DNA of 64,000 nucleotides from Blasia pusilla (taxonomy: Eukaryota), in contig CM114271.1 of NCBI GenBank assembly GCA_050084515.1, positions 28,086,001 through 28,150,000 on the forward strand, given 5' to 3'. The notes beneath the pieces were generated by a model that was given only the letters and a program-made list of their open reading frames with translations, searched no databases and was not told where the DNA came from. Positions 1 to 12,830 of this stretch are shown here, piece after piece. The position numbers and the translations under genes are program-made. How positions within the stretch are numbered: the stretch's first letter is position 1; every line of letters begins with the position of its first letter.

Positions 1-345
1 AAAAGTAAGGGTAATAAATCTATACTATTATCAAAAAAATTGGGGGTTTTGTAATAAGTAAAGGGGAAAAAATATAAACTTTATAAGTCTATCTATAATT
101 AAGAAGTGAAGCTAACTATTAAAAAAATTATTTTACGTTAAGAGACGAAAGCCTACTTTTTCCTAGGAATTTAATCGGTTAACTAAAGGTGAAGTGCTCT
201 CAATTTTTGCTCGTAGGGGCTTTGCACTATGTTCACATGACATTGGTTAGTTACATGTGTTATTGTGTTAGGAGAGGTGCTATTGTATCTACACAAATGT
301 GTGATAATTATGAGAGGTACTTTAGTATAACTCCGGGTACCTGCA

Positions 346-420
346 CATCCAAAGTTGGAGTTGGGGAGCTTGCACAACCAAAGTTGGAGTTGGGAAACCT
401 ACACAACCAAAGGAGTTGCA
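346..420. repeat. Short ~30-bp tandem repeat (about 2.5 copies)
   Basis: ccaaagttggagttggg recurs at ~349 and ~377, with a partial third copy (ccaaaggagttg) at ~406. Confidence 0.6.
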
Positions 421-484
421 GTTGTGGGTGGAGGTGAATTGGAGCTCTCTGTGGAGGTGAAATTAAAGTTGTGGGCTGAGGGAA

Positions 485-617
<133 letters not shown>

Positions 618-1805
618 ACGAGTGATTTTGGATCAATTGCCGTTTCGTATGGTCCTGAGACATCTTAGAGCCGAAACCTCGTACGTATGTCTTGGACTTT
701 TCATTCAATAAAATACTCGCTTTTGAGTCAAGTTAGAACGTCATGAGATATTAGAATCCAAGATCCAACCTCTTTACCAAGAAGATTTATCTTACCGGGA
801 AAATTTACTCCCACTATGGAGGGCCAAGTGCTTCTCAAGTTTCGAGGTCATCCTAGGAGATAAGTACTAGCCTATGGGACCTTAGACTCCCACACTCCTT
901 TCTGAAATTTTAAAAAATAATAAAATTTATAATTATCTTGTTTTTTTACTTTTTTATTTCTTCTTTTTACTACTTCATTTTTTCTTTATTTTCTTATAAT
1001 GTCTACTTTGGTTTCTATTTTTATTTAAATATAAGTGATAAAATTTTCTTTGGTTGCAACAAACACTTATTAATTATACAGAGTGATCCTAGGGTTAGTC
1101 ATGTCAAGTCTCTCGTCGACATGTAAGGGGCCTATAATTGTGAAAACAATTGTAGCAAATGGAAGCCCTGAATATTTGATAGAGAGACTTGAGGAGCATA
1201 GATTTTGTTTGTCTTGCTTTCAACGAAAATGAAAACTACTTCATTTACATCCTAACTTCTCCACTCGTACCTCTAATGTTTCATTGACTTTGAGGAGGCT
1301 AGGGAAGTTCAGAAAGGCCATGATATTGTAGGTACACTCATAGTGATGAGAGATACTCTATAGATATATGCTTTCGTCTTAAAGAACATGACGATGCAAA
1401 ATATTCTTCCACTTCTCTCTATTATTTAGAGGGATGGTATGTAGGTGATCGGAGGTCGTAAAAGTATCTAGCGATGGCTATGCTCCAATACATGTGTTTG
1501 ATGTTGAGGTAGAAAATCAGTACGTGATAGTATCGATCGAGGATATAAGGCAATAGCTCGATGAGAGTGTATCTAGAGTTGTATCAACTCCGTTAGTAGG
1601 ACATATTTATCCATGTATTAACATTGAGCCATCCCAAGGTGAGGAGGATGAAGGAGATACATGTTAAACTAATATTATATTCCTTCTTATGAGCGTATAT
1701 CTTCTAGCTGCTCATTTGTACAAGATGCCTTAGGTTTTGGGTCGAGGGCTCTAAGGAGTGGTCGTACTAATAACTCAAATGACTCAAATTAAATGATTAT
1801 TGCTG

Positions 1806-1892
1806 ACATTTTATATTTCATCAAGATAATGAATCTACTATCAAATGACTCATTTGATAGTAGATTCATTATCTTGATGAAATATAAAATGT
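1806..1892. repeat. Perfect palindrome, 43-bp arms, 1-nt spacer
   Basis: 1806-1848 (acattttatatttcatcaagataatgaatctactatcaaatga) is the exact reverse complement of 1850-1892. Confidence 0.97.
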
Positions 1893-2910
1893 AATAAACT
1901 TTCCACTCTAGGTAAGATATCAATGTAAAAGTTAAGTTTGTTATATAGTTCTATTATTCCATAAGTGTATATTTATAAATGTTAATTCATATTGAAATTT
2001 ATGTTTTGTCCTATGTGGAAAGATTCATCATATGATGGATCAAGATCCAACACCATGACATACTAGCAAAAGGCCTTTTACTGACCTTACAAACTTCAAG
2101 CGCAATAGGCATCTTAAGTCTCGGAAGGAAACAAAAGGCCGCGTATCAAAGGAAAAAACAAGCACTTCAAGATGTGCGCTTTGTACCTCCTTCTATAGCT
2201 CCAGAGTTTGCAATGTAAGAAGTTTTAGCGCTACTGTAATATAAATATAGTTGGATTTTATTGGAATATCATGGATTTTTTTAATTTTTAATTTCTTTTT
2301 ACTTTTCTTATTATAGACTTCTAAAACCATTCAACGCACAACAGCTACGTCAAATGCACAAAGATGCTAGAGCTAAAAGAGTAAGTTAAAGATATGCAAA
2401 TTTTGATCTTAGATATTATTCTATTTCATTTTGATTAGTATTTCAATATTAGAAACTATTGCAAATAATCTTGGCTTATTAGGATTTTTCTTTGGGTTTT
2501 GCATTTGAAATACAATTGAATCTCATGTGGTTCATCATTATGATGTTTTAGTTATGTTATCTTAAAAATATTTTTACATTCTAGAGATTTATTTTTAGCT
2601 TAGGAGAGTTAAACCATGATAACTTTCTCCTTTCTGCTAACCACAATGATAATATGTCATGATTTGAACTGCACAAGCTCAAATTCAAAAATCAAGATTT
2701 GATGATTTTGTTTACCGTAATAATAGTGAAGGAGGCCATTGTGATCCTTTTAGGACTGATACAGATGAAGAAAATCCTTCTATTGGGATGGCTCTTGCCC
2801 CTCTTGCCTCTTGCTCCTATGACTATGATTAGTATTGATGACTTTGATGTTGAAGATAATATCCGGTATAAATATTTTTTTATACTTTACCTTCTTGCCA
2901 TTTTTTATTA

Positions 2911-3640
2911 ACGGCCTTACGTATTCTATGGGATAAATCTTAGGGCAATGGGAAAGCTTTGTTTGGCGGTTTCATCGATTTCAAGGAAGCTTTTGATACA
3001 ATACCTCGTAAGCTCTTATGGGATAGGCTGCAAGCCATTGGAGTTCCACATAATCTCCTAGCTACCGTGACCATGTTGTTCCATTCCGTTCGGGCCAAGA
3101 TCAAAGATTTACAAACTCAAGAGATCTTGAGTACTCGTCTCCCCTTAACATTATTTGGAGCAGCACGGGTAAAAAAATGGAGTATCATGTTAATCCTATG
3201 CTTGTATATTATGAACATGGATACCTACTTGCGGGGATCTCCACCTTTTTACGTCATATTATCGCACGACATAAGACTACGAATTGAGGAAAGACGATTG
3301 CTTAACATTGATAGAAGTGAACGAATATGTATGTTATGTGACAACAAAAGTATTGAGGATGAAGAGCATGTGTTTGTTGCATGCCCAAGGTATGAAGAGA
3401 TTAGACTAGCTCATAAAATAGATATGGGGAATTTCTATTCTTTACGATAGCTAGTGCCTTATAATTTAGGTTGTTATATTAGGGATATTATTATTCATCG
3501 CTCGAGTGCTCTAGGCATTGGCTAAGAAAAGGCCTTTAGGGTATTTTCCCGAGTCATTGTGTTATTTGTAATGTTCTTTTTAGCCTTTCGACCCTTTGGG
3601 TCTCACGGGCTTGATCGATTTATCATTTACCATTTATCAC
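2911..3640 (+). mobile_element. 5'-truncated, internally deleted copy of the RTE/RTEX-like LINE family
   Basis: RT motif FIDFKEAFDTIPRKLLWDRL is joined directly to the C-terminal Cys/His motif ERICMLCD..IEDEEHVFVACPRY. It ends in the family 3' tail (gggtctcacgggcttgatcg + ATTTAYC repeats) and is similar to the reverse complement of parts of 5904-7690. Confidence 0.9.
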
Positions 3641-6019
3641 ATGTTCTAAATTTTGGTTTTTTTCCAAGTCTAGGATAATTATCTATGATTTTCTTCCTCA
3701 TTCGACAACTATTATCCTATCTCCTATGTAATATTCTTGAATTTTATAATCATATTTAATTATTTCCTATTTTTTCAATTATTTTAGATTTATCATTGTG
3801 TGATAGTGATTATAAATTTTATAATTTTCTATTTTACTCCTTCGGTCCAGCCCTCAACGCTTACATGACATGCTTCGAGTTGCACGAGTGCTAGACGCGA
3901 TGATCCGCTTGATCTACTTGATGGGGTGTATATTGGTGATTCTTTGATAAGGATGGATACATGTACCACATGAAGGCCTACAATCCATTGGGAGATGTTT
4001 TGCTCGGTTGAAGAAGTACTAACTCTAGAATTGATAACTTTGATATTGATGATAATATAAGGTATATATTTTTATTGTATTTCTATTATAAAATCACTTC
4101 TGATTTTTTTTTTAAAATTATGTATATATATTTATTCTAAAATATTTTTCAAACAAAAAATAAGGGCATTTAAATTGGTCCCTCCGATGAGGATTCTTAT
4201 TATGCCATCTCCAATAAATAATTATTTTCAATAGCCTTCTTATTTTATTTGTACCATTCTCTTATTTATTGACCTTATTTATCGCTTCCACAAATTCTAC
4301 TCCTAAAAATATATTCTTCGTAGTCTTCATGTTGCTTCCAACCCTCAAAGATTGCATGATATGTTTCAAGTTGTATGAGCCAATGGCCAGAGACGGCGGC
4401 ATGCTAATTTGGTCGCACCACGTAATGGAGGACTATATGGTGATTCTACAATAAGGAATCCTATACTTAACGATAAGTTTCCTCTTGGAATCGGTTCTCC
4501 TAAGGTTCACAAGGAGGTAAAAAAAGTTACTATGTTTTCTATTGTTCCAAATGTGGTATGCAAAAGGATTGTAGACTTGACGAAGTTAGTGAATATTGCC
4601 TATATACGTAAATTTGAAGAGAAATTTATCCGAATTCTTTGGTTGGGAGATGGTATTGATAGTAATACTAGCTGTTATAGTATTGGATGTATGGATGATG
4701 TATGTTCAACTTGCCAAGCGCTTCATTAGAATGTGAGAGTTTGAAGCCATCAAAGTTCCCCAAACTCTCCTTTCGAGATGTGTTGTGATCTTGGTAAGGT
4801 TCAATTACCATATTTCAAGGCTTCATCTCCTTTTCTATTTGAGTTCATTTCGGGTGTTATGTCAAATAGCATATATTTTTTGCGTAATGCATGTGCTTAT
4901 AATAGCCTGCTTCAATTGACATCCTCTAGAGCACATGTTATAGAGCAAAGCCGTGGTGCAAAGAAGCTTGACAATTCAAGGTGGTATTTATCATGCTATT
5001 GGATCTCTTAATATGGAGACGGGTGTTTCTCCATAGTTAGCATAAATTTATATTCATGATGATGTATATCAGATTAAACAAAGGAGAAGGATCATGAATC
5101 AAGATAATCGTGATCGATTAAGGGTTGAGATTTTGAGGGGATTCTAAGACATGTTTCATGTCCATAATCTATATGTCACTATTTTTTGATATGTGGCAAT
5201 GAATCCATGTAATTATGATTTTCATATTGTTCTAAAGGGTAGTAAGCGAGGGTTTAATGCGAAACGATACACATTGCCTATTGCTTCGGAGATTGCTGCT
5301 ATCTTGCCTTGAGATGGAAGTGAGCCAAGAGAAGGACTTGATATTATTGTTTGTTTGCATAGAGGAGGGATTCGTCAAATATCTAACTTGATTCTCAAAT
5401 TAGGCATATATTCCATTGCCCTTTATATTTCCTTTTATGTATGGTGAAGCTAGTTGGAATCTTGACATATGCAGGTCGTGATATTAGAAGAAATGCAATG
5501 GGAAGAGGTCATGCTGTGAAGGAGGAGGATGGAGGTAAGGATGTTGATCATAATGTACCAGAGGGAATAGAAGAAGAGCAACTTCAAGGTGGAGAAATGA
5601 CTAATGAAGCACGTTCAAAAACTATCATAGCTCTATAATTTGCTTCATATCAACTTGAAGTACAAGCTAATGTTGAAGATCATAACATGTTGTTGAGGTT
5701 TGGTTGTCTTACTCAAGAATATATGGTAGGTATGTACGCAAGTATTGAGTCGCAATGATTAACTTGGATACGACTTCATCAAAAGGAGTGGGGAATTGAT
5801 TTATATCAAGGTGTAATAGCATGAGATGGTCATGATGAAATATATGTGATAATGATGGTTATGCCATAGGGAGAATAGTGATTTTATTTTCATCTTTTAT
5901 GGTAAATAGTAAATGGTAAATAGATCAAGCCCGTGGGACCCAAAGGATCAAAAGGCTAAAAAATACTTTACAAGCAATACACTGACACGGAAAAACACCC
6001 TAAAGGCATTCTCCAAGCT

Positions 6020-9000
6020 AATGCCTAGAGCACTTCAGCAATGAATACTGATATCCCTAATATAACAACCTAAATCATAAGGCACTAGCTGCAGTAAAGA
6101 ATAGAGATTCTCCACATATATTTTATGAGCTAGTATAATCTCTTCATACCTTGGACATGTGACAAACACATTCTCTTCATCCTCAATACTTTCTTCGTCA
6201 AATAACCTACAAATCCGTTCACTTCTATCAATGTTGAGGCATCGTCCTTCCTCAATTCTTAGTCTGTGAGACCCAATTCTATGTTGTGCGATAATATGAC
6301 GTAAGAACGTGGAGATCCCCGTAAGTAGCTATCCTTGTTCATAGTATACAAGCATAAGATTAACATGAAGTTGATAATATTCTATTTTTATGCCCGGGTT
6401 GCTCCAAATAATGTTGAGAAATTGCTTTTGTAGATGCTCGCAGAGTGCCATCGCTTTCAAGTCTCAATTCCGTTCTACCACATTCCACTTTGAAGACCAA
6501 GTCACCACATCTGCAATCCATCCTATGGAACGTATGGCTCGTAAAGCTTGATGAGGGAGGCGAGAAAAATCAAGAGATCTCACCCTTGCGATATAAGTGA
6601 TGGTCAAGTAGAGAGCTTCAACCTGTTTATGAAGAAGAAAAGCATAAGGAGTTGGTTTCTTACATCAATTCTTCTTGTAAAAAGATCTTTTGCACCCTCT
6701 CCACGCCTTTCAAACGTGTCTTCTTACAACTAGGGCCCCAAACTTTGGTCCCATATAAGACCAGAGATAGCACTAAGCTCCTAATTAAGAGCTTCCTAAG
6801 ACCCCACAATACAAGATGAGCTTTTCTACACCGATTTCAAAATCAATATAGAGCTTTGTAACCAGCTTGGATTCATTTTTAAAAATTTTGGAAGGAAGGA
6901 TTTGGTAACAAACTAGTGCACTATCATGGTGGGTAGTGTTTTTTCCAAGATGTTTGGGAAATTGGTGGAGTCAAAGTTGAGCGCATGGATAGATTCTTTC
7001 CAAAAGAGAGCACGAGTCCAAGCTAGTTATAAAATGCCCATTTAAAAATGAATATAGAGCTTTTTAATCCAAGCTTTTAAAAATGAATCCAAGCTGGTTA
7101 CAAAGCTCTATATTCATTTTTAAATCGGTGTAGAAAAGCTCATCTTTGTAACCTTGATTTAAAAATGAATATAGAGCTTTGTAACCAACTGTAAAAGAAT
7201 GAGAACTTGGATCTAGTACCCACTATAATGACTGTAAACTTCTCCATCTGATTCTGGGTACAAAAACTATGTACTTTTGTAAACTAATGCTATCACGTGC
7301 CAGTAATATGATATTATCTGCATACAATAAAGCTTTGATGACAAAGTCTCCAAGCTCTACACCTTCATTGTCATATTCCTCCAACCACTTTTCAATATCA
7401 TCTATGAAAACTCCAAATAGAGTAGGGAAGAGAGGGCAACCTTGAATGACTCCGATAGTACTCAAGATCTTTTGAGTTTGTGAATCTTTGATCTTGGCCC
7501 CAACGGAATGGTACAACATGGCCATGACAACTAGGAGATTTTTTCGTACTCCAATGGCTTACAACCTATCCCATAATAGCTTACGAGGTATTGTATCGAA
7601 ATCTTTCTTGAAATTGATAAAACCGCAAAAAAAAGCTTTCTCATCGCCCTTAGATTTCTCCAATAAAAAATGCAAGGCCAAGATATGGTCGAAGATGTTG
7701 TATGTTGGGCAAAAATCAGCTTGGACTCGTGCTCTCTTTTGGAAAGACTCTATCCATGCGCTGAACTTTGACTCAACCAATTTCCGAGACAGATTGGCAA
7801 AAATACTACCCACCATGATAGTGCGATAGTTTGTCACCAAATGCTTCCTTCTGGATTTTTGAATAGGAATAATCTTCCGTAGCGACCAAGAAGAAGAAAA
7901 ACCATAGATAGTAGCATCACCCAATACTTTGGTGAGGATCGACCCGATAGAATCTCCTCCCCACTTGAGAAGTTCAACAGAAAGACCATCCAAATCCTCA
8001 CATTTGCCATTTTCTAATTTTCTTAGTTGAGTTTTCACCTGTGCTTCAGAGAATTCCTCCACAATGCCGCATAGATGTAGCATGGGGGAAGAAGTAGAGC
8101 TTTTTGTCAAAAGATATCAAAGACTTGGGATCAAGAGTAGATTTTGAAGATCGTACTACTAACCGTCTCCAAACTGATTTGGGGTCGTCATGGACTTCCC
8201 TTGTTAAGGACTCATGCTTCCGCCGCTGGAAAGCTCGTTTCTTAGATTTCACTGAGTGTTTGTAAAGGCTCGTCATGATAAGCCGAGATTGGATATCCAA
8301 AGATTTGTCCACTGATCTTAACTTTGCTTGCTTGCATTGAGAGTCAAACCACCCATTACAAGGTGCCTCGTAGCACTTCTATCCCTATGCCGGGAAAAGA
8401 ACTTGGATGTAGTGTTTTTGAGCAATTCGATTAGTTGCAAACTTGCCCTCTTTGGATCAGGGCTCCATACAATGTGAGTCAAGAGTTCTTGTAAATCTAC
8501 CATGTAAATATCTTTTTTATGAGAATCTAAGCGAAACTAGGGAGAAGCTAAAACAGATTGACATATTGAGAGAGGAATTTTTGTAACCCTCATAACCAAA
8601 CAACATCAAATAAGTGCCAACCAGAACATCAGAACTCAAGTGGACTCACGCTACGATGATCGCGTTTTGGAGAGGCTTTTGGAAAGGTCTCGTGGAAAAG
8701 TCCAAGAGATGAAACGTGGAACAGAGTTGTGCATTTCATGTGTTAGTGGTTGCGACCAGGAAACCTTGACCAAACGCGAACCAAGATTTGAGATGAGTTG
8801 AGTCTTGGATGGTTGGTTGCAAAAGAGGTGAGAACCAATTTTGGAACGAGACAAGCGTTTGGGGAAGTTGATTGTATTTTGGACCATAATGTTTAGCCCC
8901 AAGATGCGTTTGGGACAACTAAGGGCGCGTTGGAAAGCTTATCTTTTGGAGCTTCTCATGCATAAAAGATCTTAGAAAACGCGTAAGTATAGGCTTGGAT

Positions 9001-10410
9001 TTTGGCTCAAAAAAATTATGAAAGAAACGATTGAGGGCCAATTTGAGGGTCCCGACTGTCCTTCCTTAAAGTTAGGGGGACCCTGGAGATCTCTTGAAGT
9101 ACTTATAAGAGGGGAATCTCTCCAAGATGTCTTAAAATACGAATCCCCACTTGAAACGCCAAACGGCGTCTCAAGGGCACGGGATGGAAAGGGAGTTTGG
9201 TGTTGGAACTCGAAACCCTAACCTGATCCAAGGGTGTGGACTTTGTAGCCACACTTGGATTCTGACCCGTGATTCATTTTGTGTGAGTCTCGGTTAGAAA
9301 CTCATTGGATGTTCATCGGAAAGTTGGAACTGCCACACGCGAAACGCCGTTCGAGGATTCTAAACTAACCATAAAGTCTGTCCCAAGTCTTCTGAGACTT
9401 TCATGTGTTGTAAACCGCGAAACTAGGAAGGTTAAGCTTGATGAGAGACCAAGACGAGAACTCAGAGAGGTAGCCCGCTGATTGAACTAGACCCGACTAA
9501 CCAGAGTGCGCGTTTAAATGTAGATCAACATTGAGATCGTGATCTACTAAACGCACGCTTTCGCAACAACAAAGATTAACGTTCAAGGAGAGAAGGCGTA
9601 CGACAGGAATGGTCTTAGAAAATTAGAGAGTAAACAAAAGAGGTGCATGATTTGATTTAGGCTGAAGTTTTAAAACTTCCAATGTAGAGATATGAGAGCT
9701 ATTAGTGGGCGAGGAGAGAAGATAGTGAATGGTGCTAGCACCGGTAGGAGAGAAACAAGTATTGGAGTGAGAGTTGGGAAAATGAGAGGTTCCATTAAGA
9801 ACTTTCAAATTACAAATGGCTCCAAAAGTTAAAAAATGTTTTGTCAAAGAATTTGGAGAAAGATCCAAAGAGATTCTAGACCACAAACCATCCTTTGGTT
9901 CTTCAAGAAGAGGAGAAGTCAAGGAGTCACTGAATTGGGTAAATTGAGTAGTACATGTGGGAGCATTGAAATCCTCAACTAGAAAGACTTCACCTTTGCT
10001 TTAATATTTGAGAACATCCCCAATAAGTCGATGAAATGGTTGCCTTTGATTACAAGTGCGGGTTGAGTAGCTAAGCATGGAAAGTGGTGCAAAATAACAA
10101 ACTGCCAGATAACAATAAGATCTCCCAACCAAAGACGTAGCCAATGATATTGGCCCCCAATGTCTTAATCTTCTAGATGTATGAGAGGTGTAGAAATTGA
10201 GATCTCATGAAAGTAGCACTACTGCCATAACCCCCTCTTTCCCGTTGCCTTCTTTTGTTCCATGTCGATCCCACCAAAGTAAACCCTTGCATCTCTGCAA
10301 TAGTATTTCTCTCATGTTCGCAGTCTCCTCGATATTGATGATGTCCCCATCTCCCAAACTGGTATAGCACTCACATACTTTATTGTTGAAAGGCGCATAT
10401 ATTCCACATC
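6020..10410 (-). pseudogene. LINE ORF2 (AP endonuclease + reverse transcriptase), disrupted
   Basis: ORF-track fragments 9623-9922, 8318-8503, 8046-8312, 7559-8110 and 7223-7525 are successive pieces; interrupted by solo LTR 8579-9605 and a rearrangement at 6813-7230. Confidence 0.85.
8579..9605. mobile_element. Solo LTR (older copy), 5-bp TSD GGAAT
   Basis: Colinear with 12831-13830. Its left end ttttgtaacc aligns to tgtcgcgacc with CpG-type changes; right end is ...cgaca. GGAAT at 8574-8578 and 9606-9610. Confidence 0.9.
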
Positions 10411-10472
10411 AACACTCTCAGCTTCTTGGATTGCTAGGTTGATGACTCTCTCTTTCCCTAAGTAAAAATTGC

Positions 10473-11190
10473 TCAACAATTGCGTACAAAAGTAATAAAA
10501 CCTACTTCTTGAGCCTCGTTGACCTTTGCAATCTTCTTTCTCCTAGCTTCAACTTGTAAAGGTGGAAGATCAGAATCCAACCATATCCTCCGTCCTTTGA
10601 GAATGGCCTTGTTAGCCATGGCAGTATCATGTTGAGTTTGATCAATAAACTTAACTAGAATAGCACAAGGCTGTGTTCCCATTTTTTCAATGGAGAAAGC
10701 TTGAGCAAAGTCCGGGTTGTGAACATGAAGTGTATCAACCAAGAACTTGGTGACAACACTCTTCACCTCTTCACTCTCTGTTTCCGACAAACATGAGATT
10801 CTCATATTCTTTCTACGTGCAAATTGGTTTTCCTTTTCTATCTCTTGCTCTTGAGAGAAATAGATATGAGCAACCTTTGTAGCTCCAACATAAGATTTCA
10901 TTCTCACTTCTAAAGTTTCAAAAACCTCATGCAATCCTGAACTATTGGGAATAGTCGCTAATGATTAAGCCTTCTCTTGAACATCCGCAATAGATTTGGA
11001 AAGATCCAGCATCATACTAGAGCTATCTCTCAACACCTTCTTCAAAATCTCTTACGTTGCCTTCAACTCTCTGATTGAAATATGAGTAAGGTTCAATTGA
11101 GAAGTTTCTACCTTTAATTCTTGTCGAAGCTCTTTCAATTCATGCAGGACCACGTGTACTTGATTCAAGATTTCCTCTTGAGTAGTCATC
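10473..11190 (-). pseudogene. LINE ORF1 (coiled-coil + RRM-like nucleic-acid chaperone), disrupted
   Basis: Heptad-rich EEILNQVHVVLHELKELRQELK followed by RRKNMRISCLSE..AILVKF..AILKGRRIWLDSDL, the pattern of L1-like ORF1 proteins; it lies directly upstream of the APE. Confidence 0.8.
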
Positions 11191-11199
11191 ATGAAGTGG

Positions 11200-12110
11200 A
11201 CTTCACTACAATCCCAGATATTGCACGACCTCCAATCAAGTGGAGCAGAATCTCTAATACCACACAACTTCTGCCCTATAAGTTGGTTACGCTTGCAGTA
11301 TTTAATTATTGTGCGCCTACAAAATTTAGCTTGAGATCACAATTTTAGCTTGAGATCACAAAGATATAGCCTCTGCAAGATTCTAAGCTCCAGTCCTTAA
11401 ACCTACAAGATCAGAATATCCAACACCACACAAATTTTTCTCTATGAGTTCATTGTCATTGAAAATTTCTGAAATTGTGCGTCATGGCAACCTAAAATCT
11501 CCTTGAAAATTTCAGTTTGAGATCACAACTCACCACAAAGATAAAACCTCCGCAAGATTTTGAGCTCCAATCCTCACATCTACAAGAGCAGAATCTTCAA
11601 CACCACACACCTTCTTTGTTATAAATTGGTTGTACTTGAAATTTTGAGAAATTTTGTGCCTTGGAAACATCCAACTTTCCTAAAAATGTCAACTTGCGGT
11701 CACAACCTATGACAAAGATACAGCCTCCGCAAGATTCTAAGCTCTAATCCTCAAATCTACAAGATCAAAATCTCCAACACCACACAACATCTTCTCTATA
11801 AATTGGTTGTTAGTGAAATTAGTGAATTTTTTTTCCTTGACAAATTCCAACTTCCTTGAAAATTTCAGCTTGAGATCACAACCCATCACAAAGATACAGC
11901 CTCCACAAGATCCCGAGCTGCAATCCTCAAATCTACAAGAGCAGAATCTTCAACACAACACAACTTCTTCTCTATAAGTTGGTTATACTTGAAAGTTTGA
12001 GAAATTGTGCGCCTTGGCAATCTCCAACGTTCCTAAAAATTTCAGCATGAGATCGCAATCCACAACAAAGATATAACCTCCGTAAGATTTTGAGTTTCAA
12101 TCGTCAAATC
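11200..12110 (-). repeat. ~176-177-bp tandem monomers (about 5 copies) forming the LINE 5' region
   Basis: aaagatayarcctcygcaagat recurs at about 11360, 11537, 11713, 11890 and 12067. Confidence 0.9.
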
Positions 12111-12830
12111 ACACACGCATCAATTGTATCTTGATGCCATGCCAATTGTGAGATATTTTGGGAAGCCGGACTACTTTAAGACTATGACCTGCAACCCTAA
12201 GTGGCCAAAGATTTCTTTTACTCTACTTCATGGTCAAACAACATCTGATTGTCTTGAGTTGGTTGTACGTGTTTTCCAACAAAAGAAGAAAGAGTTATTG
12301 AGGCTTATAGTGGATAAGCATATTTTGTCGCGAGTCTTGGGATGTATTCTTGAAGCCGAATTTCAAAAGTGGGGTCTAACACATGCGCATATTTTGATTA
12401 TCTTGATATTATATGTGTTGAGATTCTTGATTTGACTACTCATCTAAAACTTTAATCGAGTGTGAGAAATTGTATGATACATGGATCATATGGAGTACTT
12501 CACCCAAGTGCATTGTGTATATACAAAATAAAAAATTGTTCAAAGGCCTACCTAATATGTTGTACATCCATGACAATCCAAAGTGAGGATAGTTATCCTA
12601 TTTATAAGCGGTAATCTTGCGGACCTTCATTTGATTTTTTTCTATCGTTCTATTTTTTCAACATATTCCTATATTTATGTTTATGTAGATGTGATAATGG
12701 TAGTTCAATTAATGAGTCAAATCACAATTTTGATAATCTATGGGTGGTTTCCTATAATCCGATATTATGGACCTTGTTTGATTGGCATATCAATTTGGAG
12801 ATACGAATAGCATATTGGCAGCAAAGGGAT

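Larger units (their letters stand above)
5904..12110 (-). mobile_element. Near-full-length degenerate LINE (RTE/RTEX-like: ORF1 + APE-RT-Cys ORF2, short-repeat 3' tail)
   Basis: The minus strand carries ORF1, an APE endonuclease (VEDFNAP, STIHYLLS, SNHAPLLF), RT (NYRTIMV, FINFKKDFDTIPR, GVIQGCPLFPTLF, LLYADNIIL) and a C-terminal Cys motif. The 3' tail is (ATTTACY)n at 5904-5922. The Helitron reading frame stops and resumes exactly at its edges. No TSD recognised. Confidence 0.9.

Noticed and set aside
11200-12110. CRISPR-like array (also considered for 46760-47430)
   Set aside because: Whole units repeat with no unique spacers, there are no cas genes, and the context is eukaryotic.
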